From: Myxococcota bacterium
GTDB lineage: Bacteria > Myxococcota_A > Polyangia > Nannocystales > Nannocystaceae
Assembly: GCA_039028615.1 (NCBI GenBank)
Contig: JBCCHT010000035.1
Span: 72,016-136,015 of the forward strand
Reading direction: 5' to 3'
Length of the DNA stretch: 64,000 bases
Shown: positions 18,053 to 28,074 of the stretch, in pieces
How positions within the stretch are numbered: the first letter of the stretch is position 1
Layout of the letters: each line of letters opens with the position of its first letter
Made by a program: the position numbers and the translations under genes
Notes under the pieces: model-generated
What the model was told of the DNA's origin: nothing
Database searches by the model: none
Seen by the model: only the letters and a program-made list of their open reading frames with translations

Positions 18053-20647
18053 TCAGGCGCCGGATGCCTCGAGTTGCTCGAGGATCTCGCGCGCCTTGGT
18101 CAGCTCTGGCCGCTCGGTCCCGTCCCACGCCTCGATCGCCGCTTGCACGCTCGCCTTCGCCTCGGTGGGTCGGCCGAGTCGCAGCAGCGAGTCCGTTCGG
18201 TACCACGCGGCGGTCCCCGCATTCGGACGATCGTCCTGCGCTCGCAGTCCGGCGTGGGCCTCACCCAGGGTGGTCTCTGCTCGCTCGAGCTGGCCTCGCT
18301 CCCACTCGAGCAGGCCGAGGTTGAGCCGAGGATGCGCGGTCAGGGCCTCGATGTCATGCTCCTCGGCCACGCGAATGGCCTCGAGGTACGCCCGCTCCGC
18401 CTGGCCCAGGTCTTTGCGAACCTTGGCGATGTTGGCGAGGTTGGCCAACGAACGCACGATGACCGGAACGGCGCCGAGCGTGGTGGCGGTGGCAATGACC
18501 TGCTCGTAGCCCTTGGCCGCGTCGTCGAGTCGGCCTTGGCGATAGCGGAGGTTGGCGAGGTTGCCCTCGGCCATCATCATCAGGCGAGGGATGCCCAGCT
18601 CCTTGGAGAGCTCGTGCCCACGCTCGTACTGCTCGGCCGCACGATCGAGCTGCCCGGACGACTCGTGGGCGATGCCGACGTTGACGTGAAGCTTGGCCTG
18701 CTGTGAGAGCAGGCCGGCCTTGCTTGCAGTGGCGAGCCCCGCCTCCGCCTCGGTGATGGCCCCCGCGAAGTCCCCTTGCGTGGCGAGCAGGCCCACCAGG
18801 CTCACCGCCGCGTCGACTCGCCCTCGAGCATCGTGAGTGGCTTCGAGACGCTCGGCGGAGCGACGGAGCTCGGCCACCGCCTCCCGATAGTCCCCCACGT
18901 GCGCCAACAAAGCGGCTCGTTGCAACCCGAGATGAGCGACCAGCTGCTCGTCACCGATCTCGGCCGCAATCGCGAGGCCCTCGGCGATTCGCTGGTGAGC
19001 ATCGTCGTAGCTGCCCAGGTACCCGAGGCTCCCCGCCTGCTGGCACAGGTTGTAGCCCAGCGGCCTCAGCTGGCCGAGGCGGCGGCGCACCTGCTCGGCT
19101 TCGCCGTAGAGCGCCAGGGCCTCGTCGCGTCGGGCGAACTCGGCGAGCATCATGGCCCGCCCCTCGAGCGCGGCCGCACGGGCCGTTTCATCACCCGCCC
19201 CGACCGCGATGGCATGGGCCCGCTCGAGCAACTCCAGCGCTTCGCGGTGGCGACCGAGGGCCGCCACCACGTGGGCCAACCGCTGCCATCGCATCACCCG
19301 CTCTTCGTCTCCCTCGAATTGCTCAGAGACCTCGAGCGATTGGCGATACATTTTCTCGGCGTCGGCCAGCTGGTTGACCTCCTTGAGGATGGCCGCCAGC
19401 GCGGCCATCGCGTCGTCATAGGCGGCCCCCACCTCGAGCTCGAAGAAGATCGCCATCGCCTGGCGGGCATGCTCGAGGGCCTCCCGTACGCGACCGGCGA
19501 TGCGCAGCTGCCCCGATGCCTGCAAGTGGGCAATGCCGTGCGACAGGGTGCCCACCGCATTGTCCTCGGCCCAGGCGAGCGCCCGCAGGCACGACTCGAG
19601 CAGCGGAGCTTCGACCCGCTCCCCCAGGTTGTGGACGATGTACGAGCAGGACAAGGGCCCGAGCTCGGCTCCCCACGCACGCGCTTGTCGATGAAGCGAG
19701 CGCCGTGCCGCCTCGCGCTGCTCGGCCTGAGCGGTCGCATCCCCCGGGTCGATGTGGGGTGGCTCGACTCCCGTTCCGTCGAGCGCGGGGGACCATGCCT
19801 CGAGCCACTCCGGCAGCCTGCCCGGGATGATGCGGGCGCGCCCCGAGTCGCCGTAGCACGCCGCCACCTGCTCCACGGCCTCGAGCACCTCGGAGTCGGG
19901 AAGCACCAGCCAGTCGAAACCGGGCGTGTCGGGGCGCGACGCCATCTGGCGCAGAAACAAGTAGTTGGGCTCCGCCTCGAGGTCGGCCCCCGAATAGCCG
20001 AGGATGCACATCCTCGTGTGGGCGACGAGCGCCTGCAGGGCCAGCCCGACCTGCGGGGCCAGGCCACGCTTGCGCTGCGCCAGCGTGTCGATGCAGGTGG
20101 TCGGCTGCGTCGCCGTCCCGTGGAGCTTGAGCAACAACGTGGGGGCGTCGGGGTCCTCGAGCTGCGCGCGGATATCCAAGCCCTCGTAGTCCCCCGCGGT
20201 CACCAGCACCCGCAGGGGCGCCCCAATGGCCTCGCACGCGCGCTCGATGAGCGTGTCGAAGTTGGTGGTGACGATCGCGGGCAGGCGCTTGGCCTTGGCC
20301 AGCGCGGCGAGCCAACCGTGCACGGCGTTGATGCGGGTGCCCTCGAGACACCGCAAGACCTCGAAGTACTCTTCGGCGATCGAGAGGGTGATGACCTCCG
20401 AGGTGTACTCGGGCGGCATCGACCCCGCGTCTTGCTTGGCCTTGACCGTCTCGATGATCGACGCCGCATGGTCGGTGATCACGGCCGCCTGCTCCTCGAG
20501 AGCGTCGAGCACCGCATGATTGAGCTGCCACCACGAAGGCAACCCGGCGGGCGGCACCATGGAGATGCCGGCCCCCGCGAGCACGGTGAGGCGCCGCGAC
20601 TCCAGCAGCGGCAGGAGACCGGAGGCATCGCAGGGCTCGTCGACCAT
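18053..20647 (-). CDS. SIR2-like (SIR2_2) domain protein with long C-terminal TPR array
   Basis: LAGAGISM..PAGLPSW, IVTTNFDTLIERA, LLKLHG, ILGYSGAD, then about 500 aa of helical TPR-like repeats. Confidence 0.88.
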   Translation of the reverse strand: MVDEPCDASGLLPLLESRRLTVLAGAGISMVPPAGLPSWWQLNHAVLDALEEQAAVITDHAASIIETVKAKQDAGSMPPEYTSEVITLSIAEEYFEVLRCLEGTRINAVHGWLAALAKAKRLPAIVTTNFDTLIERACEAIGAPLRVLVTAGDYEGLDIRAQLEDPDAPTLLLKLHGTATQPTTCIDTLAQRKRGLAPQVGLALQALVAHTRMCILGYSGADLEAEPNYLFLRQMASRPDTPGFDWLVLPDSEVLEAVEQVAACYGDSGRARIIPGRLPEWLEAWSPALDGTGVEPPHIDPGDATAQAEQREAARRSLHRQARAWGAELGPLSCSYIVHNLGERVEAPLLESCLRALAWAEDNAVGTLSHGIAHLQASGQLRIAGRVREALEHARQAMAIFFELEVGAAYDDAMAALAAILKEVNQLADAEKMYRQSLEVSEQFEGDEERVMRWQRLAHVVAALGRHREALELLERAHAIAVGAGDETARAAALEGRAMMLAEFARRDEALALYGEAEQVRRRLGQLRPLGYNLCQQAGSLGYLGSYDDAHQRIAEGLAIAAEIGDEQLVAHLGLQRAALLAHVGDYREAVAELRRSAERLEATHDARGRVDAAVSLVGLLATQGDFAGAITEAEAGLATASKAGLLSQQAKLHVNVGIAHESSGQLDRAAEQYERGHELSKELGIPRLMMMAEGNLANLRYRQGRLDDAAKGYEQVIATATTLGAVPVIVRSLANLANIAKVRKDLGQAERAYLEAIRVAEEHDIEALTAHPRLNLGLLEWERGQLERAETTLGEAHAGLRAQDDRPNAGTAAWYRTDSLLRLGRPTEAKASVQAAIEAWDGTERPELTKAREILEQLEASGA

Positions 20648-20908
20648 GGCTCGACGCTACCAGAGACGCGAGCGCGTCGGCGCGCATCGCAAACGTACCT
20701 CCGAACGGCCCACAACGGGTTGAATCGGCATGAAAAAGAAAATTCGAACGAGCTGAAGAATTGATCGGCCGGGGGGTGACTACCTGGTGTCCTGCTGTCA
20801 AAGCGGTGTGCTTGACGGCCCGAGGTCACGTAGGTGGCGTGACGAGCCGCTGTCGCTTTCGGTTCGTGGTTTCGAACGCGGCAGCTTCCAAAACGAGTCG
20901 AGGATCCA

Positions 20909-21460
20909 ATGCTCTCAGTGAAACGAGTCTTTAGCCCAGTTGCCGTTCTCCTGTCCTTGGGCGCGCCGCTTGCCTGCACCGCGGACATCGACTCGCGCGA
21001 TGGATCCGGGTCCGACGACCGTCAGCTCCCCGTCTGCAACGAGCGCTACCAGGCCGAAGGCGACAACGCCAACGGCCCCGATGTCGACTTCGACGACTGG
21101 AGCGTCCGCAAGGACCACGAGGGATACGAGGGCGACTCCTATATGGACGCGGGCGGCCTCGATGCCTGGCTCCGGTGGGACTACATGAACTTCGCCCCCG
21201 GCAAGTACACATTGAGCATCCGCTACGCCAACGGCAGCGGGAACACTCGACCGACGATGATCCGGCTCAACGACGACGACGAGACCGAGTTCGAGATGTC
21301 CTTCCCGCCCACGGGGCGATGGACCCACTGGCAGACGGTGACCAAGGAAATCGACGCGCGGTACGGGATCCGCAACCTCAACATCGAGGTCGTCACCGGT
21401 CGCGGCGGGCCCAACATCGACGCCATCGAGGTGAATGCGGTCGAAGTCAACGGGTGTTGA
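20909..21460 (+). CDS. Lipoprotein with CBM6/CBM35-like carbohydrate-binding module
   Basis: Lipobox PLAC; YQAEG, GYEG..Y.D, Y.LSIRYANG, FPPTG.W..W, GPNIDAI. Confidence 0.82.
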   Translation: MLSVKRVFSPVAVLLSLGAPLACTADIDSRDGSGSDDRQLPVCNERYQAEGDNANGPDVDFDDWSVRKDHEGYEGDSYMDAGGLDAWLRWDYMNFAPGKYTLSIRYANGSGNTRPTMIRLNDDDETEFEMSFPPTGRWTHWQTVTKEIDARYGIRNLNIEVVTGRGGPNIDAIEVNAVEVNGC

Positions 21461-21516
21461 GCCCCCTTCATGGCCACAGAAACTGAACGTGATCGGGTCC
21501 GAGCCCCTGCCCCATC

Positions 21517-24500
21517 ATGCCCGCCGAGCGCGAAAGCCCCCCGACCGTCGGCCGCCCCCGCGCGCCTCGTAGCGTCGCGGGTGGCGTTCCCGTCTCCGAT
21601 ATCTGTGACAACCTGAAGATCGACGCGGGGGCGTACGACGACTGGCAGCGTCGATTGCTCGACGGTTTGTTCGGACGAGACCGCGACGCATCGTCGGACG
21701 CGGATGCGCCGAGCGACCCCTTCGACGCCCCGACCCGCAACGATGGTGGCCCGCCGCCGGTTGCGGGTCTCTTGCGTACGCGCCACACGACTCGTTTTCC
21801 CCGGCCCCCGACGGGCGGTCCGCCCCTGCCCGCCGATCCGGTGGTGGGCACGCTGATCGGCGCCTACGTGATCAACGACAGCCTGGGCGAAGGCGGGATG
21901 GGCCGGGTGTTTCGAGCCTTCGACCGCCGGCTCAATCGCCAGGTCGCGCTCAAGGTGCTCCACCACGACCTCGGAGCCAGCGAGCAGCAGCGGCTGGTCC
22001 GCGAAGCGCAGGCGATGGCCCAGCTCGCGCATCCGAACGTGGTGCAGGTCTACGAGGTCGGCCATCACGAAGACCGCGCGTTCGTCGTGATGGAGATGGT
22101 GGAGGGGCAGACCCTCAGTGCGTGGCAGCGGCAACAGCCTCGGCCGGACTGGCGCGCGTGTGTGCAGGCGTATCTGCAAGCCGGCGCCGGGCTGGCGAGC
22201 GCGCACGAGCAGGGTCTCGTGCACCGTGACTTCAAGCCGAGCAACGCCCTCATCGACGAACGCGGCCGGGTTCGGGTCATGGATTTCGGCCTGGTCGGCA
22301 CCATGTCGGACATGGACGACTCCGCGGAGATGACCGCGAACGACCAGGTCCTGCGCAGCCGCTCCGGGTCGGCCGAGAGCCTCGACTGGGTGAGCGAGCG
22401 ACTGACGCAGACGGGCACGGTGATGGGCACCCCCGCCTATATGGCTCCCGAGCAGATCTTCGGGGAGGACGTGGGGGCGCGGGGCGACCAGTTCAGCTTC
22501 TGCGTGTCGCTATACGAAGCGGTGTGTGGCCATCGTCCGTTCCCGGGCGACGACCTGTATACGCTCGCGGGTGCGATCCGAGACGGGACGATCACCCCGA
22601 TGGCCTCTCAGCTCGGCGTTCCGGGTCGGCTCGAGGCCGCGATCGCCCGCGGGCTCTCCTTCGATGCCAACGAGCGATGGCCTTCGATGGAGGCGCTGCT
22701 GGCCGAGCTACGCCGATTGGTGACTCCGCCCCGGGTGCGGCGCTGGGTCGCCGGGGTCGGCCTGGGGATCGCCGTGGTCGCGGGGTCGGTGGCGCTCGGG
22801 CTGGGCGTGCAGGTCAGCGAACAGGGAGAGCAGCTCACCGAGAAGGAAGCGCAGCTCGCCGAGAAGGTGGTCGAGCTGAGCGAGCAGCTCGCAGCGCAGA
22901 AGGGCCTGCGGGCCAAGGACGCGGCACGAGAAGGGGGCCGAGAGATCGAGGCGATCCGGCTCGGCGTGCAGGCCTTCGAGGGTCTCGACCCGCAGGCTCA
23001 TCTGGCGACTGCGATGTTCGAAGGCCTGACCTACGCGCTGGCGGGCATGGACCGCGGGATCCCGCTTCGGGGCCACACGGCTCGGGTCTATGCGGTCGCG
23101 ACATCGCCCGATGGCGAGCGCATCGCCACCGGGAGTCAGGACCACACGGTTCGACTCTGGAGTGCACACACGGGCGCCCCCATGCAGACCCTCGAGGGCC
23201 ACGCGATGACGGTCCGCTCCGTCGCTTTTTCGTCCGATGGAGGCCGGCTCGCAACGGGGAGTGACGACCGGACGGCGCGTCTGTGGGACGCGACGACGGG
23301 CGACGAGATCGAGTCGCTGCGGCACGGCGCCGCGGTGACGAGCGTGGCACTCGCTCCCGACGGTACTCGGCTGGCCACCACGAGCGGAGACTCGGTGTGG
23401 CTGTGGACCCTCGACGACGATGCGGTGGTCGTGCCCCTGCTCGGACACACGGCGCGCGTGCGAAGCGTGGCGTGGTCACCCGACGGCGAGCGGCTGTACA
23501 CGGGGAGCGACGACCACACCGTGCGCATCTGGGACGTGGCGATGAGGACCACCATCAAGACGCTGCACGGCCACACGGACGACGTCTTGGATGTGGCGGT
23601 CACGGATGACGGGTCGCATATCGCCACCGGGAGTCGTGACGAAACGGCGAGGGTATGGGATGCGCGCACGGGGACGCAGGTCGTCGTGCTCGAGCCCGCC
23701 CAGGTCGTCCACGCGGTCGAGTTCTCGCCCGACGGATCGAGCCTGGCCACGGGGACCTTCGACGACGGAACGGCGCGCCTATGGGACATCGATACCGGCC
23801 GGACTTCGACCGTCGTTCACCACGATGATGCCGTCGTCGACGTGACGTTTTCGCCGAGCGGTGACCGGCTGCTCACGGGAGGCTGGGACGGGACCGCGCG
23901 CTCGTGGGACCTGCAGTCCAGCGCGGCCCTGGTGGCGTTGCCGCACCCGCGCCGAGTCGACGCGGTCGCGTTCTCACCCGATGGCACCCGATTGGCGACC
24001 GGTAGCGGCGACGGCTCGACGCGGCTATGGGACGCAGGTTCGGGGGCCCCGATCATGACGCTCGAGGGCCACCGCATCGACGTCACGACGGTCGCGTGGT
24101 CCCCCGATGGAGGGGCCTTGGCCACGGCCAGCTGGGACGGCAGCGTACGACTATGGGATGCCCGCTCGGGTGCCCACGAAGGCACGCTGCCAGGGCACCG
24201 CGAGCCCGTGCGGATGGTCGGGTGGTCGCAGGACGGCCGGCGTGTACTCACGGCGGGCCGGGACGGCACGGCTCGAGTCTGGAATGCACGCACCACGTTC
24301 GAAGAGCATGCGGTGGAGCACGGTGCGGCGCTGTTCGGGGCGGTATTCAGCCCGAGCGAGCGAGGCATCCTGACCGTGGGTGCGAACGAGCAGGTCTACG
24401 GCTGGAACCTGAAGACGGAGCAGCGTCGAGCGGACCTGGACATCGAAGGCTCGAGCACTGCCCTCGTCTACTCCCCCGATGGCATGCGAATCGCCATCGC

Positions 24501-25785
24501 ATCGCGGGACGGCTCGGTGTCGCTGCGGGATGCCGAGTCTGGGCGACAGCGGGTGAGCCTCGAGGGCCATACTGATGCGGTCACCACGATGGCCTTCTCC
24601 GCCGACGGTACGCGGCTGGCCACGGGTAGCGAGGATGGGACGGCGCGGGTCTGGGACGCCGACACAGGGCAGCGACAGAGCGTATTCCCGCATCAGGGCG
24701 CAGTGACGAGCGTATCGTTGTCCCCCGACGGCCGGCGCCTGGCGACGGCGAGCGGAGACCGACGAGCGCGGATCTGGACGCTCGATCCGTCGCCGTGGCT
24801 GGCATGGGGGTGCGCCGTGCTCGAGCGACGCGATGGGCACGACGAATCGAGCGAGACCGCATGCAGCGGTGCCATCGGGTCTCTCGGAGCGGCGCCGGGC
24901 TCGGCTCGCTCGCACACCGAATTCGGCACACCCGAAATCTCCACCGCCCCCGACCTCGAGACGCAGCCGAGCGTCACCGTGCATGGCGTCGAGCTGGTGC
25001 TCATTCCGGGCGGTACGTTCACGATGGGCTCCCCTGCCGACGAGCGAGACCGGCACGGGAACGAAGGTCCCCCGCACGAGGTGACACTGGACAGCTTCTA
25101 TCTGGCGAAGACCGAGCTGACGAACGGGCAGTACGCCCGCTACCTCGAGGCCAACCCCGATGCCTACCGACCGCTGTCGTGGAACAACGAGCGCATCGGT
25201 CACGAAGACCAGCCCGTCACCGGGCTGAGCTGGCACGACGCAAAAGCATACTGCGACTGGGCGGGGCTGGTGATGCCGACGGAAGCCCAATGGGAGTACG
25301 CCGCACGAGCGGGCACCACCACGGCCTACTGGTTCGGAGACGACCCCGAGGACCTGGCGAGATTCGGCTGGTACGAGGGCAATACCGGCGCCCGAGAGCG
25401 AGGCTTCAGCCAGACCCGCAGCCACGCGGTGGCGACCAAGGGCTCGAACCCGTGGGGCCTGTTCGACGTCCACGGCAACGCCTTCGAGTGGACGCAGGAT
25501 GCATTCACCAGCTATGCCACGGACGTCCGACCGGGCGACGGTCTGAGGAAACCGACCGGCGACGAGCACAGCGTCCTACGGGGCGGCGGCTGGGGCTACA
25601 CCTCGAGTGCCGCGCGAGCCGCCTACCGGGACCGGTCCCCGCCCTCGTATCGCGCGGCGACGCTCAGCCTCCGCCCCGCGCTGCCCGTCCGCGACCTCGG
25701 CCGATCTGCCGACGAGATCCCATCGAGACGTCAGTCTGCGCCCGCGCTGGGGATGGTGGGCAGCGCGCCCGAGAAATCCCACTGA
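21517..25785 (+). CDS. Ser/Thr kinase - TM - tandem WD40 repeats - FGE-sulfatase (SUMF1) domain protein
   Basis: HRDFKPSN, DFG, GTPAYMAPE; more than a dozen GH...V..VAFSPDG..LATGS.D.TARLWD repeats; GGTFTMGS, PTEAQWEYAARAG, NPWGLFDVHGNAFEW, VLRGGGW. Confidence 0.93.
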   Translation: MPAERESPPTVGRPRAPRSVAGGVPVSDICDNLKIDAGAYDDWQRRLLDGLFGRDRDASSDADAPSDPFDAPTRNDGGPPPVAGLLRTRHTTRFPRPPTGGPPLPADPVVGTLIGAYVINDSLGEGGMGRVFRAFDRRLNRQVALKVLHHDLGASEQQRLVREAQAMAQLAHPNVVQVYEVGHHEDRAFVVMEMVEGQTLSAWQRQQPRPDWRACVQAYLQAGAGLASAHEQGLVHRDFKPSNALIDERGRVRVMDFGLVGTMSDMDDSAEMTANDQVLRSRSGSAESLDWVSERLTQTGTVMGTPAYMAPEQIFGEDVGARGDQFSFCVSLYEAVCGHRPFPGDDLYTLAGAIRDGTITPMASQLGVPGRLEAAIARGLSFDANERWPSMEALLAELRRLVTPPRVRRWVAGVGLGIAVVAGSVALGLGVQVSEQGEQLTEKEAQLAEKVVELSEQLAAQKGLRAKDAAREGGREIEAIRLGVQAFEGLDPQAHLATAMFEGLTYALAGMDRGIPLRGHTARVYAVATSPDGERIATGSQDHTVRLWSAHTGAPMQTLEGHAMTVRSVAFSSDGGRLATGSDDRTARLWDATTGDEIESLRHGAAVTSVALAPDGTRLATTSGDSVWLWTLDDDAVVVPLLGHTARVRSVAWSPDGERLYTGSDDHTVRIWDVAMRTTIKTLHGHTDDVLDVAVTDDGSHIATGSRDETARVWDARTGTQVVVLEPAQVVHAVEFSPDGSSLATGTFDDGTARLWDIDTGRTSTVVHHDDAVVDVTFSPSGDRLLTGGWDGTARSWDLQSSAALVALPHPRRVDAVAFSPDGTRLATGSGDGSTRLWDAGSGAPIMTLEGHRIDVTTVAWSPDGGALATASWDGSVRLWDARSGAHEGTLPGHREPVRMVGWSQDGRRVLTAGRDGTARVWNARTTFEEHAVEHGAALFGAVFSPSERGILTVGANEQVYGWNLKTEQRRADLDIEGSSTALVYSPDGMRIAIASRDGSVSLRDAESGRQRVSLEGHTDAVTTMAFSADGTRLATGSEDGTARVWDADTGQRQSVFPHQGAVTSVSLSPDGRRLATASGDRRARIWTLDPSPWLAWGCAVLERRDGHDESSETACSGAIGSLGAAPGSARSHTEFGTPEISTAPDLETQPSVTVHGVELVLIPGGTFTMGSPADERDRHGNEGPPHEVTLDSFYLAKTELTNGQYARYLEANPDAYRPLSWNNERIGHEDQPVTGLSWHDAKAYCDWAGLVMPTEAQWEYAARAGTTTAYWFGDDPEDLARFGWYEGNTGARERGFSQTRSHAVATKGSNPWGLFDVHGNAFEWTQDAFTSYATDVRPGDGLRKPTGDEHSVLRGGGWGYTSSAARAAYRDRSPPSYRAATLSLRPALPVRDLGRSADEIPSRRQSAPALGMVGSAPEKSH

Positions 25786-27638
25786 GTCGCACTCTGCGGC
25801 CAGCCCATGAACATCGGTGCGTCGTTGGGCTCCTGAAAATCTCCCGCCACCGCACTCGCTGGTTGAGCGCCGAAGCCGAAACCGCCCGGCCATACGTCCT
25901 CGTTGAAAAAGTTCGAGGAGGACACGAACGAATTGCTGAACGGCACCCCGCCCCAGGGGTCTCCGAGCACGACCGCGGTGCCGAAGCTGAAGCTGTTGGT
26001 GATGTCGGGCGGGACCCACTCGGGAAAGGCCGCGAACGCCCCCGCCGACCCGTTGATCCCCGGCGCGACCAAGGACCCCTCGACATTTCCGCTGGCGTAG
26101 CAGTGGTCGATGGTCTGCTCGAAGGGATCGAGGATGAAGGGGTTGTGCGCCACCGTGAAGCCGCCCGCGATGCCGCCCTTGACGTTGCCCCGCGCAAAGC
26201 AGTTGCTGACGTCGTAGTAGCCCAGATCGCCCACGTTCCCGATGAATCCCCCCGCGAGGCTCCACCCGTCGGCGGTGAGCTTGGCGTTGACGTTGCCCGT
26301 GGCGTACGACCAGCTCACCGAGCTGAGGCTGAGCTGCCCGAGCAGGCCGCCCGCGATCCGATCGACATTGACCGTGCCGGTCGCGAAGCACCGCTCCACG
26401 GTCGAATTGTTCAGCGTGCCGATCAGGCCCCCGCCTACGAGCAAGGCCTCCTCACCGGTGCTCACATTTCCGTGCGCCTCACACTTGCGCACGAGCGAGT
26501 TCGACACCATCCGCCCCACCAGGCCGCCGATGTCGTTGTTGATCCCCTCCAGGCCCGGCCGTGCCGACACGTCGCCGAACGCGGCGACGCTGGACAGGTT
26601 CGCTTCGGCGACGCTTCCGATGAGGCCCCCCGTGCGATCGCCACCGAAGACTTCGACGTTCGACTCCGCGTGGGACATCGTGCCTCCGTAGGCCCCCGCG
26701 AGCCCGCCGACGATGCGCTTGCCCGTGATCGTGCCCCCTTCGACGCTCACGTGCTCGACCAAGCCATTGCCCGAGCCGATCAGCGCCCCGACCCCCACCG
26801 CGTCGGGCATGTCGACGATGACGTCGGTGAGGTGGAGGTTGCGGATCACCGCGCCTTGGGTCTGGCCGAAGAGCGCCCGTCCGGTGTTCTGGCTGATGGC
26901 CTCGAGGCGGAAGCCGTCGATCGTGTGGCCGAGGCCATCGTAGCTCCCCGTGAACTTGGGCGCCCCGGCCCCGATGAAGAACTCGGACCCGCCGTACTGG
27001 TAGTGAACGTTCAGGTCGATGTCTCGGCACTGCACGAAGTCGCTGCCCCACGAGCCGGGGTTCGCGGCGAGGTCGGCGAGCTGGTGATGGTTCGAGATCT
27101 CGTAGGGGTCGAGCGGCGTGCCAGAGCCGATGGCATCATGGGCAATGGGGCTGTAGGTTGCCTGGCAGGCCACACAGGCGCAGCCACACTCGGTGCCGTC
27201 GTCGCCCTCCCACGTGATGAACTCGATCTGATCTGCGGTCAGGCCGAGCGGGCCCGCCACCGTACCGTCGCACAAGACCTCGCCCTGGCTGTCGCCCTTG
27301 GGTGGATCGCCCAGCACCGCCTGTAGGTCCTCACACGCGTCCGCGGACTCCGGCAGGCGCAGCACACCATCGACCTCGAGGGTCGAGCCGGGCATGACCG
27401 AGGGCCCCCCGAGCTCCAGCGCCTCGTCGCAGTCGTCGTAGTCGACGGTGCCCCCTTCTCCTCCGCCCGAGTCGCCCGGCGTCGCCCCACCGCCATCCCC
27501 CGGATCCGGGTCTGCCGCAGGACCATCGGTTCCGCGAAAGGCGATGGCGTCGCTTCCGGCGTCGTCGCATCCAGCGAGCACGAGAAACACTGCCGCGCCC
27601 GCAGGCGCAGCGCCGAGGAAACACCAACGACGACTCAC
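25731..27638 (-). CDS. Lipoprotein with GLUG-motif beta-helix repeats
   Basis: Lipobox LAGC; GSGTPLDPYEI, FTGSYDGLGHTI, repeated GGL[AIVL]G and C.A.G.V units. Overlaps the convergent kinase by 55 bp. Confidence 0.82.
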   Translation of the reverse strand: MSRRWCFLGAAPAGAAVFLVLAGCDDAGSDAIAFRGTDGPAADPDPGDGGGATPGDSGGGEGGTVDYDDCDEALELGGPSVMPGSTLEVDGVLRLPESADACEDLQAVLGDPPKGDSQGEVLCDGTVAGPLGLTADQIEFITWEGDDGTECGCACVACQATYSPIAHDAIGSGTPLDPYEISNHHQLADLAANPGSWGSDFVQCRDIDLNVHYQYGGSEFFIGAGAPKFTGSYDGLGHTIDGFRLEAISQNTGRALFGQTQGAVIRNLHLTDVIVDMPDAVGVGALIGSGNGLVEHVSVEGGTITGKRIVGGLAGAYGGTMSHAESNVEVFGGDRTGGLIGSVAEANLSSVAAFGDVSARPGLEGINNDIGGLVGRMVSNSLVRKCEAHGNVSTGEEALLVGGGLIGTLNNSTVERCFATGTVNVDRIAGGLLGQLSLSSVSWSYATGNVNAKLTADGWSLAGGFIGNVGDLGYYDVSNCFARGNVKGGIAGGFTVAHNPFILDPFEQTIDHCYASGNVEGSLVAPGINGSAGAFAAFPEWVPPDITNSFSFGTAVVLGDPWGGVPFSNSFVSSSNFFNEDVWPGGFGFGAQPASAVAGDFQEPNDAPMFMGWPQSATQWDFSGALPTIPSAGAD

Positions 27639-28074
27639 CCGCCGATCTTAGGGCACATCGAGACACCCGACTCGAGGCCGCGAAACTGTGCCGCGGACGT
27701 TGTTGCCTTCGGACTCCGGGGCTTCGATTCAGGATCGCGCGGCGACTCCTCTCGTTCGTGCCCACGACGGACACGCCCGATATCGCTCGACGCTCACGGA
27801 GACCGACTCGGGTTCGGAGACCCACTCACACTCGATCGATCGGGGGCCGCAGCCCCGTGACGTCATTGTCCTAGGCCGTACCGGCATCACGACATCGATG
27901 TCATGCCGCCTGCTGCTCGACCCTCGTCAGCCCGGAAAAGTACTCGGTCTGCCCTTGGCGAGCGGTTTGCAAACGGGAGGGGCGTCGCCGATCGAGGCGC
28001 ATACGGTAGGGCCCACTGTTGTTGGAAACCCACGCCCTGCCGCTGCTTGGACTTAGTTAGGACTTCACTTGCAC

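Noticed and set aside
25560..25690. FGE C-terminus as a diversity-generating retroelement variable region
   Set aside because: I found no template-repeat copy and no reverse transcriptase in the window.
24795..27326. 843-aa + strand ORF, and similar long overlapping ORFs (18776-20764, 48181-50526, 59912-62623)
   Set aside because: These are shadow ORFs expected at high GC. They overlap genes with clear motifs and have none of their own.
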